Below are positions 8,682 to 16,563 of a DNA stretch of 32,000 nt, piece by piece (the stretch's first letter is position 1; each line of letters opens with the position of its first letter). The notes under the pieces are model-generated. The model saw only the letters and a program-made list of their open reading frames with translations. It was not told the DNA's origin and ran no database searches. The position numbers and the translations under genes are program-made. The stretch lies in assembly GCF_023566055.1 (NCBI RefSeq), contig NZ_JALIQP010000001.1:610059-642058 (forward strand), given 5' to 3'. The stretch comes from Halosolutus amylolyticus (lineage in GTDB: Archaea > Halobacteriota > Halobacteria > Halobacteriales > Natrialbaceae).

Positions 8682-10177
8682 TCGTTCACCACCTCCGCAG
8701 CCTCATCAGTCTCAGTACGTGACTCCTCACCCTCAGTTTCCGCAGCGTCACCATCCGCGAACGGATCCTCATCAATATCGAGGACGACGTCGTCAGCTAA
8801 CTCCGGGAACAGATCCCGCCGCGCTGAACTAACCGAGTCTTGGATGTCCTCAACCGCTTCTTCGGCTTGCGCCATCTGATGTGCGTCACCTAGCACGTCA
8901 GCTACATCCGACGCGTTCTCAGCGTACATTGACTCCTGCGCGATCGTCTCGAACACGCTATCCTCCAACGCTGCCGTGTTCAACTGACCGTCTTTGAACA
9001 CCTCTCCCTCATCAATCTCCGAGATGAGTTGCTGCACGTTCGCAGTCCGAATCCCAGTATTCACCTGAACGTACAGCGCTTCACACGTCTCTTCCGCGTA
9101 CGCCGCGAGTTCGTCTGTTCGGAAGTCCCCGCGGCTAAACTGCAGGGTTCCTGTGAACCGCAGATCAAGAATCGGATCTCGCGGCTCACCGCGCGCCGTA
9201 TACTTCGACTGCCCACAGTACTCCTTGACCGCCGACTGTTCGCCTTGCACGTGCTCCTGGAACGCCGACTCTAACTCGCCTGGCGACTCGTGCGGCGTCA
9301 CATCGAACTCGATACGGTAGTACGGCCGGCGCTTCGACTCGTGATGCGCCACCTCGTAGTTAACCGACTCATCGCTTCCGGACGCATCGGGACTCAGGTT
9401 CACCGAATAGTATCCGTGTTCCCAGTCATCCCGTCCTTCACGCGTATTGTGTGCTTCTGGTGAACCGGGGTTGTAGATCCAGTCACCGGCCTCGTACCGT
9501 TTGTGGATATGCCCGAGCGCAAGGTAATCCACGACCTCCTTTACCCCCCGCAGTTCGGTGTGCGTCACTGTCCCACCTAACGTCGGCACCTCGTCTTCCA
9601 TCCCGAAGTGCGCCAGCAATACCGTGAACGCCGGCTCACCGTACTCCTCGTTCGCTGCTTGGATCCCATTCGCCACTTGCTGAAGCGCCTTCCCCGTTTT
9701 CGCGCCACGCCACTGCAACCCGAACACACGAACCGGACCATCGAACTCCTCCCTATTGAGGTCATAGAACCCCGCGTACTCGCCCGGATCCTCGGGATCG
9801 TACGGTTCGAATCGAGCCGTATCCGGATCCGCATCCAGATCGGCTTTCAGGAAGACAACTTGACCGCGTTGGTGCAGGTAATTCAGCCACGTTACGTCAC
9901 GCGGCGTCAAATTCTCGTCGTGGTTCCCACGCGAAGCCAGGACTGGAACGTCGTCCGGTATCTGGTCGAGTTCTTGCTCGGTCTGATGGAGAACTTTTGG
10001 GCGGAGATCCCGAGAATGGAACAGGTCCCCTGGTAACACGATCGCCTCAGTCTCGCGCTTCTCAACCATTTCTTGGAAAGCGGTGCGTGTAGACGACACC
10101 ATGTCGTCCTCACGTTGGTTCAGTCCATACTGTCGATGGCCCAGGTGTGTGTCCGCGATGTGTCCAAATGTTAACAT
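8678..10177 (-). CDS. mre11: Mre11/SbcD-family calcineurin-like phosphoesterase nuclease
   Basis: Phosphoesterase motifs in order: GHIADTHLG, LPGDLFH, RGNHDE, LLAHFG, LGHIHK. Acidic C-terminal tail. Lies immediately upstream of rad50. Confidence 0.9.
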   Translation of the reverse strand: MLTFGHIADTHLGHRQYGLNQREDDMVSSTRTAFQEMVEKRETEAIVLPGDLFHSRDLRPKVLHQTEQELDQIPDDVPVLASRGNHDENLTPRDVTWLNYLHQRGQVVFLKADLDADPDTARFEPYDPEDPGEYAGFYDLNREEFDGPVRVFGLQWRGAKTGKALQQVANGIQAANEEYGEPAFTVLLAHFGMEDEVPTLGGTVTHTELRGVKEVVDYLALGHIHKRYEAGDWIYNPGSPEAHNTREGRDDWEHGYYSVNLSPDASGSDESVNYEVAHHESKRRPYYRIEFDVTPHESPGELESAFQEHVQGEQSAVKEYCGQSKYTARGEPRDPILDLRFTGTLQFSRGDFRTDELAAYAEETCEALYVQVNTGIRTANVQQLISEIDEGEVFKDGQLNTAALEDSVFETIAQESMYAENASDVADVLGDAHQMAQAEEAVEDIQDSVSSARRDLFPELADDVVLDIDEDPFADGDAAETEGEESRTETDEAAEVVNE

Positions 10178-10435
10178 TGTCGGTGAATCATAGATGGTCA
10201 GTGTTTCGCTGAGAGTGGTCCCAAATTACGCGACTGAACGTCTATGACTACATGAAACCGGATAGCTATTAAACGTCAGTTAACCAAAGTGGAAGTGAAA
10301 ATATAGACTCGTGACAATAGCCACCGCCGAGTTACCGGTGTCCCCTGTTCAAGTGTGATTCAGAGTACCAGCTACTCGGGTGGCACTCATGGAAACGCTC
10401 AAGCAACCAGAGATTGTTGGCCAATCCAGAATCAG

Positions 10436-10933
10436 ATGCCACGGATCGACCAAATAGACCGACGAACCGACGTGGTGTTCATTCTTTTCCACCATGCGGG
10501 ATCGATTCACGGCATCACGAAGCTCCAGAAACTCCTCTTCCTAGTTGAGGAGGAAACTGAGTTTTTCAAGGAATACGGCGACGAATTAGCTTTCGAGTTC
10601 ACCGCCCACAAAATGGGACCGTTCTCACAGCATGTTTATGAGGAAATTCGCTTCCTCCAGCAATTAAAGGCGATTGAGACAGAACCAATGCCGGGCGAAC
10701 CCGACGACGAAGCGTTAACAAACAAAGTGTTTCATATCACTCCGAAAGGAGAGAAAATAGCATCAGAACTATCAAATAGACTTGAAGACGAATACGATAA
10801 CGAGCTCAAAGAGTTAGTTGAGACATATAACTCAATGAAGCTGCGAGAACTACTTCGATACGTCTACAAGGAATATCCCGCGTTCACAACAGAATCAGAG
10901 ATCAAGGATGAGATATTAGCAGAGGCCTCATAA
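10436..10933 (+). CDS. GepA/SocA (DUF4065, Panacea)-like winged-helix protein, possible antitoxin or regulator
   Basis: GITKLQKLLFLVEEE...FEFTAHKMGPFSQHVYEEI matches the KLxKLLYf...w.yGPv..vy pattern of COG3600/DUF4065. The track start (GTG at 10355) adds 27 non-acidic residues, so I prefer the ATG at 10436. The stop shares a TAATG junction with the next gene. Confidence 0.5.
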   Translation: MPRIDQIDRRTDVVFILFHHAGSIHGITKLQKLLFLVEEETEFFKEYGDELAFEFTAHKMGPFSQHVYEEIRFLQQLKAIETEPMPGEPDDEALTNKVFHITPKGEKIASELSNRLEDEYDNELKELVETYNSMKLRELLRYVYKEYPAFTTESEIKDEILAEAS

Positions 10934-11424
10934 TGAGTACAGAAGATCTGATCCGAACAATCCAAGTTGAAGAAAATAAAGCAACAACCGGTAGCGAAAA
11001 CGAATTTTACATCCCAGAAAAATATCAGTTAGGTATTTTAACAGACCATCTCAAAACCCACGGCTTTGAGTACACGACAGAGGGGCGCATATTCTGTTAC
11101 CCTATCGATATTCTATGCGCTCGTGGAGAGACAACTGTTGCAATTGAAATGAAGGCAGACAAAGTAAGTCGGGGAATTGATCAGGCATGGCGGAACACAG
11201 ATTTTGTTGATTTCTCCTACCTCGCAGTGTGGGAAGAACGAGTGACTGACTCCCTGATCGAACGTGTTGAGGAGACTCCAGTCGGCTTGTATGCGATTTC
11301 AGAAGACGTAGAACAAGTCTCTACACCCCAAAAAACAGGGGAACAATTATGTAGCCGGAGTGTCGTGTTCTCCTCAATAGAAGATAATGTTCGAAACGAC
11401 ACTTCGGTACAACAGCCTGAATAA
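10933..11424 (+). CDS. PD-(D/E)xK nuclease-fold protein (Hjc/Mrr-like core)
   Basis: 11101-11160 encodes PIDILCARGETTVAIEMKAD, i.e. D-x13-E-x-K. An upstream acidic helix (SENEF/PEKY) and a downstream Q (IDQAW) are also present. The 163-aa size fits archaeal Hjc-type resolvases and minimal restriction-endonuclease folds. Confidence 0.6.
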   Translation: MSTEDLIRTIQVEENKATTGSENEFYIPEKYQLGILTDHLKTHGFEYTTEGRIFCYPIDILCARGETTVAIEMKADKVSRGIDQAWRNTDFVDFSYLAVWEERVTDSLIERVEETPVGLYAISEDVEQVSTPQKTGEQLCSRSVVFSSIEDNVRNDTSVQQPE

Positions 11425-12643
11425 CAAGCATGCCGTCGAAGGAGAATACCCTCGGTACGATTCGCTCATCATCGACGGGAAGATGCTCGCTTATTCTAAA
11501 AAGGCACTTCCGCAACTCATCCAGAACCTGAATCAAGAGCGAAGTCTAGATTACTACATTGATCCGATAATCTCTGACTTCAGAACAGGAGATAATTTCA
11601 GGTATTCTGACGGCACAATACGAGGATGGTACGACAGCTACGTGGGAGAATTAGGAGACCCCCTGAAGCAAACTCTATTTGAGTTCGATAACGTGAACCC
11701 TCGTCACTTAGACGAGGAAACTATTCGCGGGATCAGCAGGTCAGTCGTCCTCTATCAAGAGAACTTTGTTGCAACTCAACTGGAAGAGGAATCGGGAAAA
11801 TACGAAGAGGTTGACCCCACCGAAGTAACGCCAAAAGCCGTAATCCCATGGCATCACCGCATCAACGAGAAAGCGGATCTAGGACCTAATAGAACAATTC
11901 TAGACACAGCAGCAGCTGAGGCTATGCTTCCTCTCAAACCGTGCATCCACACAACCAAGTCGTTCATCCGAGACCGCTCAAATAGAGCAAGCTTAGTTGA
12001 GTTGGTACAGGCCTATGATGTGAACAAGTGCTTCTTATTGATCGAAGAACTTGGGAAACACGACACCTACGAAAGCACCTATAGAGACGTTATCGACCTC
12101 GTCTACGATATTTCTGAAACAGGAATTAAACCCCATTTCTACTACGGAGATTACTTCTCAAATCTTCTCTCCTACTTCGGATTAGGTGGAACAACATATG
12201 GCGTAATGTATGGCGAAGAGTACACTGAAACCACAGAATATACCGATCAGAGCGGGATGCTTCTCCGATACTATGTAGATCAGATCAAAGACTTCCTCAA
12301 GGTACCTGCAGCAGTCGAGTTGATGAAACGAACAGACTCTACGATGTGTGAATGCGACATCTGTCAGCGCCATTATGACGACTGGAACGAGATCATAGCA
12401 CACCAAGAGAGCGATGAACCCCTCATGAACCATCTCCAGAAACACTACGTAGAAAAGAGATGGCGTCACGCACGCCAGGTAGAAGAAAAATCGTTTGACA
12501 CGGTTCTGTCGGAACTAGAATCCGATTATGAGGAATACGTCTACCCATATACAAACGCCCGGCAAATAAGCCCCAACAAGAACTTCGATTACCTCCCTCG
12601 ATGGATTCACGCGATCAAGGACCGGGCAGAGCTCGCGGAATAA
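11387..12643 (+). CDS. hypothetical protein with a CxCxxC...H motif (possible TGT/DpdA-like fold)
   Basis: 418-aa acidic ORF that overlaps the previous gene by 38 nt (alternative ATG at 11483). 12347-12445 encodes CECDICQRHYDDWNEIIAHQESDEPLMNHLQKH. No other family motif recognised with confidence. Confidence 0.65.
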   Translation: MFETTLRYNSLNNKHAVEGEYPRYDSLIIDGKMLAYSKKALPQLIQNLNQERSLDYYIDPIISDFRTGDNFRYSDGTIRGWYDSYVGELGDPLKQTLFEFDNVNPRHLDEETIRGISRSVVLYQENFVATQLEEESGKYEEVDPTEVTPKAVIPWHHRINEKADLGPNRTILDTAAAEAMLPLKPCIHTTKSFIRDRSNRASLVELVQAYDVNKCFLLIEELGKHDTYESTYRDVIDLVYDISETGIKPHFYYGDYFSNLLSYFGLGGTTYGVMYGEEYTETTEYTDQSGMLLRYYVDQIKDFLKVPAAVELMKRTDSTMCECDICQRHYDDWNEIIAHQESDEPLMNHLQKHYVEKRWRHARQVEEKSFDTVLSELESDYEEYVYPYTNARQISPNKNFDYLPRWIHAIKDRAELAE

Positions 12644-12890
12644 CGAGACACCTCATCGTATTGGGGATACAATGTCAGGAACTATCAGTAACGGCTGACG
12701 GACGCTCCACGACAAATATGGGCGGACCCCGGCTATTGACGAGACAAATGACTGAGGGCAATAGGAAAGTCGAAGAATCTGTGGCTAAATTACTAAGCTG
12801 GGTCACTAACTCAGCGTTTGTACTTCTTCGCCGAAATCAAACCATACGTCCAAGCTGTCCATTAGTAGCTTAGGCGGAATAGAAATTAGG

Positions 12891-13130
12891 TCACTCGGAT
12901 GGATCATTGATCGGCGGCCGTAAGTCACGCCAGCGGAAGTCGGCTTCCTCACCGGAATTAAAGGCGACTCGATATAGACGAGAATCCCGTGTATCATTGG
13001 TGACCGAACTCGCATCATCAGTTAGCACTGCAGTGATACGGCCGTGCTCTCCGTGATACAGTTCGTAGTCCGGATCAGTCTCATCAGGAATATCAATCCG
13101 AACGCGATCGTCAACTGAAAAGCGTTGCAT
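12891..13130 (-). CDS. small acidic hypothetical protein (79 aa from ATG), composition typical of small haloarchaeal proteins; family not identified
   Basis: MQRFSVDDRVRIDIPDETDPDYELYHGEHGRITAV...YRVAFNSGEEADFRWRDLRP. The track start at 13157 is TTG. The ATG at 13130 has an A/T-rich box (aactaattga on the minus strand) about 25-35 nt upstream. Confidence 0.6.
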   Translation of the reverse strand: MQRFSVDDRVRIDIPDETDPDYELYHGEHGRITAVLTDDASSVTNDTRDSRLYRVAFNSGEEADFRWRDLRPPINDPSE

Positions 13131-13218
13131 TTGTGTTGTGTATGGTGTTGGCCTCAATTAGTTTCTGCAGTTGGTCTACCTCTGGCGGCGTTCATCTATA
13201 GTCACGTCAACGGTATAC

Positions 13219-13225
13219 CTTTATG
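13219..13225 (+). promoter_or_regulatory. TATA-like box for the mcrB-like gene
   Basis: ctttatg is centred about 30 nt upstream of the ATG at 13252, in the 121-bp divergent spacer. Confidence 0.3.
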
Positions 13226-13251
13226 TGGTTCCTGTGACGATTCCTGACAAG

Positions 13252-16200
13252 ATGACTACTACGCCTTCGTCTTTGGATCTGAAGCAGTTGGTAGAAAAAT
13301 ATATTGACGATCATGACTGGGGGCGAGATAAGGCCCATGTTCAGAATACGTCGGAAGCAGTCCGTCAACTGGTTGAGGGGCTCGTCGAAACAGGTTCTAT
13401 CGACGAGTCGGCGATGCGAACGGTGTACAATCTGTGTCAGAACGATAACGCCCTAAAACCAGAGACGAAAAAGCAGCGGATTGACGATCTCGATATCGAC
13501 GCTAACACAAAAGCTCCCATCAAGGAACGGATCGACGAAGGAACAGGTATCATCGGGAAAGGCACCTACTCTGTACCGATTGAAGGATATGAGGAGGAAG
13601 CGTTCAGCCTTCTTGCTACGGCAATCAGGTCCGATGACCGGACTGAGATTGACGCAGCAATTGAAGAGTTCGCTGCCCTCGAAATCGAAGGGATACAGAA
13701 CGGAATCATTTCTCCAATCCTCTACTTTCTCCACCCAACAAAATACCCGATCAGTAACGACCGTTCACGAACCGGAATGCAGCAGTTCTTCAACTACGAG
13801 ATGTCTGGTCGCCTCACAGCTTACCTTGATGAGGTAGAGCGATTCTATGAGGTTCGAGCTAACTATCCGTTCAAAGAGGATTTCCGGCATCTGGATAGTT
13901 TCTTCAATTGGATCGAACAACAGGAGTCTCCATTAACTGAGTCAACTTCGACGCCACACGTTGAGATCCCCAGTGATGTAGAAATTTACTGGGTGAATCA
14001 GCACAATCCATCTGAAATTGAGGAGGAATATCTTAGAGCAAAGACCGATGGTCTCTGGCATCACAACCTACCGAAATTGTCTGTCGGAGATGTAGTCTTC
14101 CACAACTTCGACAATGAACTCATTGGCATTTCCACTGTAGCTGATACTGCTGAAACGTACACATCACGGGGCGAGGAATACTATCGAGTAGAGGTTGATC
14201 TGCGCTCGTTCGGTAAGCCAGTGGTTGTTGACGATGACCTCAAGGAAAGACTCGGGCAAGACGATCATCGTTTAGAGAAGTATTACCCAATCGATAAGAA
14301 CGAGAATCTCAACGAAGCATATTTGGCGAACCTATCCCGGTCTGCTGCGGAGTTTCTGTTAAGCCAAGTAGATTCGGTTGAGGCAACCAAACCCTCCGAC
14401 AAAGCTTCAGACGCTCCGAAACGAATCTGGCAAATCACGCCTGCGAGAGGCGGCACATACTGGGAGACGTGGGAGCAAACCGGAATCGCGTCTATCGGAT
14501 TCGGACTCGACCACAAGATAACGGACGACGTAGAGGACATTGACGACGTGGACGAGTTATCCGAAGAGGAACTCGTCGAGATTGCTGCAGACACCGGCGA
14601 CAACCACGGTCGTGGTATGGCTTACCGGTTCCAGTACGAGATCGACGAAGGTGACGTGATAATCGCAAAACAGGGACGGCGTTCGACATCAGAACCAGAC
14701 GTAATCTATGGAATTGGAGTTGTTACCACTGATCATCACGAGAAAGACTTCTCTGAGATCCATCACACAAGCATCGTTGATGTTGACTGGAAAGTGACTT
14801 TCGGGCAAAGTGGAGTAGACGTGACTGTCGATAGTGATTCTGATTCGATCAAAGCCTACACACTTGATACGCTCGACCCCGAATACTACCACCAACTAGC
14901 ATCTGAACTCGCCGTAGAGGGCGACACGGACCTTGATGAGCTTCTCGCCCTCGTCTTTGATGAGTCAACTGGCATCGATGAGAGCGAAATAGTAACGGCG
15001 AGCGAGGGTGCGGACTACTTCTGGATCTCTGCTAACCCCGCGATTTGGGAAGTCGACAGCATCAAAGACGGTGGTGAGGTTTTCTATACTGCGTACAATC
15101 GCAAGGGGAACAAACGCCGAATCTTCGGCGCATTCGAGGAAGCTGCTCCCGGCGATAAGGTACTGTTCTACGAGTCTCACCCAGTCCAAGCTATCGTCGC
15201 AGAGGGTACGATCGTGGAGGGACTTCACGAAGGAGAACACGAAAAGTACGACAACCCGGTCAAGGGGATTACCATTGAGTACAGCCGCCCCATCGAAAAC
15301 ATCTCGTGGGAGCAACTCACCGCAGTTCCTGATATTGAGGGGGCCGCACCCATTAAAAACCGAGCTCAGGGAAGTCTCTTCCCACTCACCGAAGACGAAT
15401 TCGAAACTATCCTCGCATTAGAAGACCCGATCAAAGATGGTGTCTCACAAGACGCAATCGACCAACTTACAGCGAAACTCACCACTCCTGAGATCGAAAT
15501 AACCGTCCCCGACAGCCTCTACTTCGACAATAACGATCGGCTGCGACGCGAAATCGAAGCCTCACTACGGTCTGGAAAACACATTATTCTCACCGGTCCG
15601 CCTGGAACCGGGAAAACCAAACTCGCCCAAGCAATCTGTGAATCTGCAACGACCTACGAACAAGTCGATGACTACCGGTTCACGACCGCCACATCCGAAT
15701 GGACCGCCTTCGACACAATCGGTGGATACGTCCCATCCACGAGCGACGGGGGTCAGAAACTCCTCTTCGAACCCCGTCTCTTCCTCAAGTGCTTTCGACG
15801 AGACCGTGTAGTCAATGAGTGGCTCATCATCGACGAAATCAACCGCTCAGATATCGACAAAGCGTTCGGTCAGCTCTTCTCAGTCCTCTCTGGCGATTCA
15901 ACTGAACTCCCCTACGAACGGGATCGTACCGTCGAACTCCTCTCACTATCAGAATCGACGACCGACGAAGAACTCGCAGACATCATTGGAAATCCGGACG
16001 CCTTCCCGGTGACACCATCCTGGCGGTTAATCGCCACAATGAACACGTACGACAAAACCTCGCTGTACGAAATGTCGTACGCGTTCATGCGACGCTTCAA
16101 TTTCATCCACGTTGGTGTCCCGCCGCTCACTAACGACGGCGAGGTCCGAACGTCACTCCTCGATCCAAACGGAGCTGATAACTACGCGACCGCCTGGCTT

Positions 16201-16563
16201 GACGACGACGAGACGCTCCGCCCAGTTCTCCAAGACATCTACCCAGTCATCGCGGTCCTGTGGCAACGCATCAACGAACACCGCGTTATCGGCCCATCAA
16301 TCGTCTACGACATTATCCGGTACCTCGAATCATACAACGACACCGATGGCGAGCATATCAATGCCCTCACGTCCGCCGTCGTCTCACTCGTGTATCCACA
16401 ATTGGAAGGCATGCGGCCTGAACAGCAGAAACGACTAATCCGATCACTCACCGATACAAACGTCGCTACCGAAAACGGTTCTGTTAACCTGAATCTCGAC
16501 GGAGAGCGACTCCGACAGCAAGCATCTGATTTCTTCGGCATCACCTTCACGGATGACTCGTAA
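13252..16563 (+). CDS. mcrB: McrB-family AAA+ (GTPase-type) restriction subunit with an extended N-terminal reader region
   Basis: The C-terminal AAA_5/McrB core has HIILTGPPGTGKTKLAQAI (Walker A, about 15595-15618), WLIIDEINRSDIDKAFGQLFSVL (Walker B, about 15823-15843) and WRLIATMNTYDKTSLYEMSYAFMRRFNFIHV. The track start at 13171 is TTG and adds 27 hydrophobic, non-acidic residues, so I prefer the ATG at 13252. Confidence 0.85.
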   Translation: MTTTPSSLDLKQLVEKYIDDHDWGRDKAHVQNTSEAVRQLVEGLVETGSIDESAMRTVYNLCQNDNALKPETKKQRIDDLDIDANTKAPIKERIDEGTGIIGKGTYSVPIEGYEEEAFSLLATAIRSDDRTEIDAAIEEFAALEIEGIQNGIISPILYFLHPTKYPISNDRSRTGMQQFFNYEMSGRLTAYLDEVERFYEVRANYPFKEDFRHLDSFFNWIEQQESPLTESTSTPHVEIPSDVEIYWVNQHNPSEIEEEYLRAKTDGLWHHNLPKLSVGDVVFHNFDNELIGISTVADTAETYTSRGEEYYRVEVDLRSFGKPVVVDDDLKERLGQDDHRLEKYYPIDKNENLNEAYLANLSRSAAEFLLSQVDSVEATKPSDKASDAPKRIWQITPARGGTYWETWEQTGIASIGFGLDHKITDDVEDIDDVDELSEEELVEIAADTGDNHGRGMAYRFQYEIDEGDVIIAKQGRRSTSEPDVIYGIGVVTTDHHEKDFSEIHHTSIVDVDWKVTFGQSGVDVTVDSDSDSIKAYTLDTLDPEYYHQLASELAVEGDTDLDELLALVFDESTGIDESEIVTASEGADYFWISANPAIWEVDSIKDGGEVFYTAYNRKGNKRRIFGAFEEAAPGDKVLFYESHPVQAIVAEGTIVEGLHEGEHEKYDNPVKGITIEYSRPIENISWEQLTAVPDIEGAAPIKNRAQGSLFPLTEDEFETILALEDPIKDGVSQDAIDQLTAKLTTPEIEITVPDSLYFDNNDRLRREIEASLRSGKHIILTGPPGTGKTKLAQAICESATTYEQVDDYRFTTATSEWTAFDTIGGYVPSTSDGGQKLLFEPRLFLKCFRRDRVVNEWLIIDEINRSDIDKAFGQLFSVLSGDSTELPYERDRTVELLSLSESTTDEELADIIGNPDAFPVTPSWRLIATMNTYDKTSLYEMSYAFMRRFNFIHVGVPPLTNDGEVRTSLLDPNGADNYATAWLDDDETLRPVLQDIYPVIAVLWQRINEHRVIGPSIVYDIIRYLESYNDTDGEHINALTSAVVSLVYPQLEGMRPEQQKRLIRSLTDTNVATENGSVNLNLDGERLRQQASDFFGITFTDDS
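13975..14238 (+). other. PUA/EVE-like module 1 within the McrB-like protein
   Basis: VEIYWVNQHNPSE...LSVGDVVFHNFDNELIGISTVADTAE...YYRVEVDL: an aromatic-W start, then a GD-hydrophobic strand, then a hydrophobic-G-hydrophobic strand. Confidence 0.4.
14419..14810 (+). other. PUA/EVE-like module 2 within the McrB-like protein (contains an acidic insert)
   Basis: KRIWQITPARGGTYWETWEQTGIASIGFG...EGDVIIAKQGRR...VIYGIGVVTTDHHE...IVDVDWKV. Confidence 0.4.
15013..15420 (+). other. EVE-like module 3 within the McrB-like protein
   Basis: DYFWISANPAIWEVDSIKDGGEVFYTAYN...RRIFGAFEEAAPGDKVLFYESHPVQAIVAEGTIVEG...ITIEYSRPIENISWEQL. This is the closest of the three to the EVE pattern yWl..nP..w....GD.v.fY.s....ivg.g.v. 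Confidence 0.6.

Noticed and set aside
12644-12890. A 247-bp convergent spacer, examined for a tRNA, ncRNA, retron-like or type III TA repeat structure. It also contains the 90-aa ORF 12601-12873.
   Set aside because: Only a weak hairpin is present (aagct 12852-12856 / agctt 12867-12871 with a 10-nt loop), plus short T runs on the minus strand. I could see no cloverleaf or tandem repeats. The 90-aa ORF is basic and overlaps the end of the 418-aa gene.
13171-13251. N-terminal extensions implied by track starts: TTG 13171 for mcrB, GTG 22481 for GmrSD, GTG 10355 for the GepA-like gene, TTG 13157 for the small gene.
   Set aside because: The extensions use non-ATG starts and encode hydrophobic or basic, non-acidic peptides unlike the rest of each protein. 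Downstream ATGs are preceded by TATA-like boxes at leaderless-type spacing. Confidence in the exact starts remains moderate.
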